Assembly (NCBI GenBank): GCA_965242965.1
Contig: OZ251518.1
Coordinates: 1,472,001-1,536,000 of the forward strand
Source of the DNA: Candidatus Poribacteria bacterium
GTDB taxonomy: Bacteria; Poribacteria; WGA-4E; WGA-3G
DNA: 64,000 nt
Reading direction: 5' to 3'
Every line of letters starts with the position of its first letter. Within the stretch, counting starts at the first letter, position 1. Below, one piece after another: positions 58,385-64,000 of the stretch. Both the position numbers and the translations under genes were made by a program. The notes under the pieces are model-generated. The model was not told the origin of the DNA, searched no databases, and worked only from the letters and a program-made list of their open reading frames with translations.

Positions 58385-61300
58385 ATGAAAAACTTCAACT
58401 ATTGGACACTAACGATTTTGACATTGACATTCATCGCGCTCGGGGTTGGAAATGTGCAGGCGCAACAGAACCTCGCACAGCAGGCGAATGCTATCGTTGA
58501 GCAGAGCTGCGAGACTTGCCACGGCGAAAACCGCGCCTTCTCTGAGATCCTTTCGATTCAGCACCCCGCGTTGATTGCCTCCGGAGCAGTTGTTCCAGGA
58601 AATCCCGACGCATCCGAATTCTATCTCCGACTGCTGCCCAATCAGCCCAATAGAATGCCATTGGGACTCGACCCGCTCACGCCAACGGAGATTGATACCG
58701 TGCGACGCTGGATTGCGGCCGGAGCACCCAGTTGGGAAGTTGCACTCACACAACGCGACTTCATCACCCCCGATGCGATGCTTACCGCGATTCAGCGACA
58801 TGTGAATCAACTCAAGGCGTTTGACCGGCCCTTCGCGCGCTATTTCACCATGACGCATCTTTACAATGCCGGTGAGACAGAAGAGGCACTGGATGCCTAT
58901 CGCCGCGCGCTTTCCAAACTCATTAACAGTCTCTCCTGGGGACCTGATATTATTAAGCCGCAACCCATTGACGCAGCCCAAACGCTCTTCTACATTGATT
59001 TGCGCCGCTATGAATGGGATGTCCCTGACGCGTGGCCCAATATGGAAGCAGTCTATCCCTACGCCGTTGATTACGGAAACTCAGCAACGTATACCACGCT
59101 GCAGCAGGAAACGGAATCCGAGGTGCCGTTCATCGACGTGGATTGGTTCCTGGCGACTGCCTCCTTGCCGCCCCTCTACAACGACATCCTCGGTTTGCCC
59201 GAGACAGACCGGGAGTTGGAAGACCGGTTGGAAGTGGACGTGGCACGCAACATTGAAACCTCACCGGGTGTGCGCGTCTGGCGCGCCGGGTTCAATGAAT
59301 CCCGCGTCTCCGAGAATAACCGAGTCGTTGAACGGCACCGCTCACGATACGGCGCGTATTGGAAATCCTACGACTTTGCCGGGAACGTCGGCAGTCAAAA
59401 TGTCTTTACGCACCCTCTCTCTTTCACGCACGATGGCGGCGAGATTATCTTCAATCTGCCCAACGGTTTGCAAGCATACTTCCTCGTCACGGCGGCGGGA
59501 ACACGGCTAGACGATGCGCCGGTGGACATCGTCTCAAATCCCGCGGCACGCGATCCGGTGGTTCACAATGGGCTCTCCTGTATCGGATGCCACACGGAAG
59601 GAATGAAAGAGTTTAAGGACGGTGTGCGGGCAGTAGTCACCGCGCAAACGAATCATGCCTACGACAAAGACCAGGCATTGCGGCTCTATGTCGAACAAGC
59701 GACGATGGATGCGCTGGTGGCAGAGGATACGCAACGGTTCCGAACGGCATTGGAAGCCGCCGGGGGTATCTTTGGGGGAATTGAGCCAGTGGAACGCTTG
59801 CAACAGCGGTTTGAAGAACCCCTTGATGCGGCGCACGCTGCAGCCGCTGTCGGTTTCAGAACGTCTGCCTTTCAACAAGAAATTCGGAATGGCAAGTTAC
59901 AAACGTTCGGATTGCAGGGGCTGCTGCTGGACAACGGGAGCGTGCAGCGCGATACGTGGACATCGCAATTCAGCAACATAGTTGCCTCGCTGTTCTCCGA
60001 GGATAACATCGTCATTACGCCTGTTGATGATATATCAACACCGCCTGTCTCCGGTGTTCACATTCCAGACTTGCCGCTGCGCACGGCGATTCACCAAACT
60101 CTCGGCAAACCGCAAAATGCGCAACTCACGCGGGAAGACATGCAGCGGTTAACGAATCTGCACGCCGATCGCAAGGGGATTCGCGATTTGACCGGCTTGG
60201 AGTTTGCCACCAATCTTGAACGGTTAGAGCTGCGCCACAACGCGATATCCGACCTGACACCGCTCCGAAACCTCATCAGTTTGGATAACATCAAACTGGA
60301 GGATAATTTGATTGTCGACGTATCCCCACTCGCAAAGTTAATCAACGTGGGATGGTTAGGGTTGGAGGAGAATCGGATAACCGACTTATCCCCGCTCTCC
60401 GGCTTAGTGAAGTTGGATGGGTTAGGGATTAACCACAACCCGGTATCGGATATCTCGCCGCTTTCAGAGATGCTCAGTTTAAGCAACCTGCAAGCGTGGG
60501 TAACCCATATATCCAATCTCTCGCCCTTGGCGAAATTACGGAAACTGCAAACGCTGACAATCAGCGACGTGACTATATCGGATGTCACCCCATTGGCAGG
60601 ATTACCAAATCTGAAATATCTAACCCTTTACCGTTGCGGCATATCGGACATCACGGCTTTCGCTAAATTAACAGGTTTGCGAGAGTTGAGCCTTCAGCAC
60701 AACGACATCACGGACGTGTCCCCACTCGCTGGATTACGCAACTTGGAATATTTGGACCTCCATGACAACGAGATAGTCGACTTTTCTCCGTTGGAAGGGT
60801 TACATGGAGAGACAGAGATGGTTCTCCACGAAAACCCTGGGGTTCAACGACTAGGCTCTCCGAAAATAACGGGGCCGTGGCTATGGATGATTGTCTCAAC
60901 AGGCGAAAGGGGAGGTTCGGGAGCTTCTGCCGCTGGGATAGATTATCTCGCACAAGCCAGTGGCGGCACAGTGACAGAACAGCAGGTGGCTATGGAGGGG
61001 GCGACAGAGGGCGATGCTGTCGGAGATAGGGTCTGGACACCCCGCACCCTTTCTGCAACCGGGTGGAATAACATCAACGTGATTGCAAATGCTATCGGAT
61101 TTGGAAGAGGCGATATAAACAGACACGTTGCATACGGCCTGGTCTCCATTGAGTCGCCGCGAGAGCAGCAGACGCGAGTGTTTGTTGGCAGCGATGACGC
61201 TGTCAAAGTCTGGCTCAACGGCGAGTTGGTGCACGAAGAGCACGTTATTAGAGGCGCAGGCGATTACCAAAGTAATTCTCCCGTTACCCTGAAACAGGGA

Positions 61301-62443
61301 GAAAACCTTTTGTTAGTTGCTGTTTACAATGCGCATGGCGGGTGGAGCGGCTTCTTTGGCTTTGAAGAGGGCACGGACTATTCGGTGCTAACGCCTGGTT
61401 CAAGACTCGCCTATACCCCTTATGCCCCGCGCGTTTCGGTTGGCCAAACTTTCACGCTGCATCTCAGTGCGGAAGAGGTTACCGGTTTGGCAGGGTGGGA
61501 ATTCGATTTGAAATTCGATCCTGCCGCGCTCAGTGCTACGCGAGTTAGCGAAGGCAGTCTCCTGAAAACCGGCGGCACTGCTACTTTCTTCCGGAAAGGC
61601 ACTATTGACAACCAAGCAGGGACCATTACCGGGTTAAGTGGCTCGCGGCAGGCGGCAGGTGGTGTCACAGGTGCCGGCAGGTTGGTGTCGGTGACGTTCC
61701 GGGTGAAAGCAGTCGGTGAGACGCGCGTGCGGGTCCGGAACTTCCAGTTCGGTGATACTACCGGCGCGATTATTCCCACAGCGGCTCCCACTATTACCAT
61801 CAATGTAGGTGGTGCAGTAGCAGCGTACCCGGCTTGGGATGTGAATGAGGATGGCATGACGAACCTGGCAGATCTCGCGCTCGTGTCACAGGCGATGGGC
61901 AAGCCTATTGAGAACCCTCGCACGGATGTGAATGGCGATGGCGTTGTTGATGGCGAAGACTTCGCGCTAGTTGCCGGACACCTCGGTGAGGAAGCGGCGG
62001 CAGCACCATCAAACGTTGCGTTACCTGCAGGGCTGACGCTTGAAACGGTAGAGTGGGCACTGAATATCTTGCATGCAGAAAACACCGGTTCGCCTGCGTT
62101 TCGGCGTGGGATAGCGAAGTTTGAACAACTTCTGGCACTGCTAGTCCCGGATAAGACGCTGCTGCTCGCGAACTATCCGAATCCGTTCAACCCAGAGACG
62201 TGGATACCGTATCAGTTGGCAAAGTCGGCGGATGTGACGGTGTCCATCTATGCATCGGATGGGAAGTTGGTTCGGGAGTTAGACTTCGGGCATCAGTCGG
62301 CGGGAGTTTATCGTATCCGCAGTCGTGCGGCGTATTGGGATGGCAGAAACGCGGTGGGTGAGTCTGTAGCGAGTGGGGTGTATTTCTACACGTTCACCGC
62401 TGGCGATTTTACTGCGACGCGGAAAATGCTCATCCTGAAGTAG
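58385..62443 (+). CDS. Secreted cytochrome c + LRR + cohesin + dockerin + FlgD-Ig/T9SS-like protein
   Basis: CETCH and CIGCH heme motifs, planctomycete-type cytochrome c N-terminus, LRRs, GWEFDLKFDP cohesin, DVNEDG/DVNGDG, TRKMLILK. Confidence 0.92.
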   Translation: MKNFNYWTLTILTLTFIALGVGNVQAQQNLAQQANAIVEQSCETCHGENRAFSEILSIQHPALIASGAVVPGNPDASEFYLRLLPNQPNRMPLGLDPLTPTEIDTVRRWIAAGAPSWEVALTQRDFITPDAMLTAIQRHVNQLKAFDRPFARYFTMTHLYNAGETEEALDAYRRALSKLINSLSWGPDIIKPQPIDAAQTLFYIDLRRYEWDVPDAWPNMEAVYPYAVDYGNSATYTTLQQETESEVPFIDVDWFLATASLPPLYNDILGLPETDRELEDRLEVDVARNIETSPGVRVWRAGFNESRVSENNRVVERHRSRYGAYWKSYDFAGNVGSQNVFTHPLSFTHDGGEIIFNLPNGLQAYFLVTAAGTRLDDAPVDIVSNPAARDPVVHNGLSCIGCHTEGMKEFKDGVRAVVTAQTNHAYDKDQALRLYVEQATMDALVAEDTQRFRTALEAAGGIFGGIEPVERLQQRFEEPLDAAHAAAAVGFRTSAFQQEIRNGKLQTFGLQGLLLDNGSVQRDTWTSQFSNIVASLFSEDNIVITPVDDISTPPVSGVHIPDLPLRTAIHQTLGKPQNAQLTREDMQRLTNLHADRKGIRDLTGLEFATNLERLELRHNAISDLTPLRNLISLDNIKLEDNLIVDVSPLAKLINVGWLGLEENRITDLSPLSGLVKLDGLGINHNPVSDISPLSEMLSLSNLQAWVTHISNLSPLAKLRKLQTLTISDVTISDVTPLAGLPNLKYLTLYRCGISDITAFAKLTGLRELSLQHNDITDVSPLAGLRNLEYLDLHDNEIVDFSPLEGLHGETEMVLHENPGVQRLGSPKITGPWLWMIVSTGERGGSGASAAGIDYLAQASGGTVTEQQVAMEGATEGDAVGDRVWTPRTLSATGWNNINVIANAIGFGRGDINRHVAYGLVSIESPREQQTRVFVGSDDAVKVWLNGELVHEEHVIRGAGDYQSNSPVTLKQGENLLLVAVYNAHGGWSGFFGFEEGTDYSVLTPGSRLAYTPYAPRVSVGQTFTLHLSAEEVTGLAGWEFDLKFDPAALSATRVSEGSLLKTGGTATFFRKGTIDNQAGTITGLSGSRQAAGGVTGAGRLVSVTFRVKAVGETRVRVRNFQFGDTTGAIIPTAAPTITINVGGAVAAYPAWDVNEDGMTNLADLALVSQAMGKPIENPRTDVNGDGVVDGEDFALVAGHLGEEAAAAPSNVALPAGLTLETVEWALNILHAENTGSPAFRRGIAKFEQLLALLVPDKTLLLANYPNPFNPETWIPYQLAKSADVTVSIYASDGKLVRELDFGHQSAGVYRIRSRAAYWDGRNAVGESVASGVYFYTFTAGDFTATRKMLILK

Positions 62444-62453
62444 ATGGCTTTCG

Positions 62454-63341
62454 GGTAGGAGAGACTTCCTGGTCTCGATGCAATATCCCGGTAGGAGAGA
62501 CCTCCTGGTCTCGATGCAATGTCGTATCGGGACAAGGATGTCCCGCCTACCCCGAACCTCCCGGTCTTGATTTCTACCGGTAGGAGAGACCTCCCTGTCT
62601 CGATTTTTCGTATCGGGACAAGGATGTCCCGCCTACCGGCAGGCATTGGGGCCACCTCTGTAGTTCGGGAGCGCCTGCTCCCGAACGGGTCAGGATCAGG
62701 CGATCCTGACCTACAGGGCCTGGTGCGCGAGCAATGGCGAGGGAAACCCTCTCGCATGCGCGTGTGGCATGCGAGGGCCCAAGCCCTCCGGTGAGGGGGT
62801 GGTGTTTTTTTCACCGTAGCGCGGGGGCCTGTCCCCCGCGATCGTTGGATTGCGCGAGCGATGGCGAGGGGGGCGTTTTTATCGTAGCGCGGGGGCCTGT
62901 CCCCCGCGAGCACCATCGTCAAGAGGCCATCTTAGGTCCTTTAGGACCTACATGTCTATAGAAAAACGTGTCGCTACGTTGTCAAGGTCCTTTAGGTCCT
63001 TAATAAAAACACGCGGCCCTGGCAAAACCTATTAAGGACCTAAAGGACCTTAGGGTTCTTCGCGGGCGCGCGGGCTATAGACATTCAGGTCTTACAGACC
63101 TGAAGAGAATAAGAGACGTTTTTTCCGTAGCGCGGACGCTGGCGAGGGACAGGCCCTCGCCCTCCGGTGCGGGGGGGGATTTTTATCGTAGCGCGGGGGC
63201 CTGTCCCCCGCGGTCGTTGGGATGCGCGGACGATGGCGAGGGGAACCCTCTCGCATGCGCGTGTGGCATGCGAGGGCCCAAGCCCTACGGTGAAGAGGGC
63301 TCTCCTAAGGTATTGCATCGAGACCAGGAGGTCTCTCCTAC
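62454..63341. repeat. Largest REP-like mosaic array; contains all hairpin families
   Basis: All unit types present, between convergent genes. Confidence 0.92.
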
Positions 63342-63385
63342 GGGATGTGCCGGGGCGGAAACCATAGGAATCCGCCCTGACAATT

Positions 63386-64000
63386 TTACCGCAACACCTT
63401 CAGATTACCCCATGTCGTTGTCAACTTCCCTTCAGGTTCAACAACGAGGAACGCCGAATTCTCACCGAGGTAGTTGAGGATATTCGTCGTCAGTTTTCTC
63501 AAATTATCTCCCTCCTTAGACTTAGCATCGGTGAAAACGCCGTTGTGATGTCCGAGGGTGATGATTTTTCCATCGCCGACTTCATATTCAACGAAGGGAC
63601 GCTCGCCGCCGCCAGCACCGCCGCCTCGCGTTTTCGTGCCGAGGATAACGCCGCCCGGGTCTGCACCAAAATTGAAGAAATCCGACGTAAACCCGTCCTG
63701 TGCCATGCTGGTGAGAAAAACGGGTTTGGCGGTGTCAAAACCTTCAAAGACAGGATGGTTTTTGCCATCGGCGGTGGGGATAACACCGATTTCGGGCGGG
63801 TCCTTGCCGAGGGGCATAAAGACTCTCGGGTCGCCGCCTTTTTCAACCCCGATTTCGACAACGTAGCGGAGTCCCAAGGCTGAAAGAAACAGCGTGCCGC
63901 CTGCCTCTACATAGTCACGCACTACGTCCTTCGTCGCATCGGCAAGGAATGCGTCTGGCAACGTGTCCGTTTCCGTGTAAAAAAGCCAGAGCACAGCGAA
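63386..64000 (-). CDS. C-terminal part of a secreted protein; starts beyond the window
   Basis: Open frame; DYVEAGG, GDGKII; VEPEGKLTTTWGNLK tail. Confidence 0.78.
   Translation of the reverse strand, partial: FAVLWLFYTETDTLPDAFLADATKDVVRDYVEAGGTLFLSALGLRYVVEIGVEKGGDPRVFMPLGKDPPEIGVIPTADGKNHPVFEGFDTAKPVFLTSMAQDGFTSDFFNFGADPGGVILGTKTRGGGAGGGERPFVEYEVGDGKIITLGHHNGVFTDAKSKEGDNLRKLTTNILNYLGENSAFLVVEPEGKLTTTWGNLKVLR

Noticed and set aside
54683-62443. Diversity-generating retroelement acting on the LRR genes
   Set aside because: No reverse transcriptase and no template/variable repeat pair with adenine-specific differences seen.
2856-63477. Dozens of short ORFs containing ARGPVPR, RDRPSPY, HRDREVSPT or GETSRSR
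   Set aside because: Translations of the repeat units in all frames, with no RBS or consistent frame; not treated as a protein family.

Overview
64 kb of GC-rich bacterial DNA. The gene content points to Candidatus Poribacteria (inference): internalin-like LRR proteins with dockerin and NYPNPFNPETWIPY/TRKMLILK C-termini, a V-x-P-x-GKLTTTWG-x-LK tail, and DUF5069 and DUF6785-type proteins. About 40 CDS can be supported. They include sugar-metabolism enzymes, folB, two DNA methyltransferases, an alternative sigma factor inside a cluster of unknown paralogous membrane proteins and lipoproteins, an ElbD-like ether-lipid multi-enzyme, and three very large secreted proteins. I saw no rRNA, tRNA, CRISPR array, integrase or transposase. 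The dominant unexplained structure is about 24 intergenic mosaic arrays (roughly 11 kb, about one sixth of the window, by hand count). They are built from several families of GTAG-headed REP-like hairpins whose stems covary, and six are capped by a 14-bp inverted repeat (GAGGGTGTTTCATA...TATGAAACACCCTC). These elements abut a truncated toxin gene and a possible truncated gene upstream of a methylase, flank genes as matched direct or inverted copies, supply a stop codon, and have inserted in frame into the ElbD-like gene. All family assignments come from motif recognition, not database searches.
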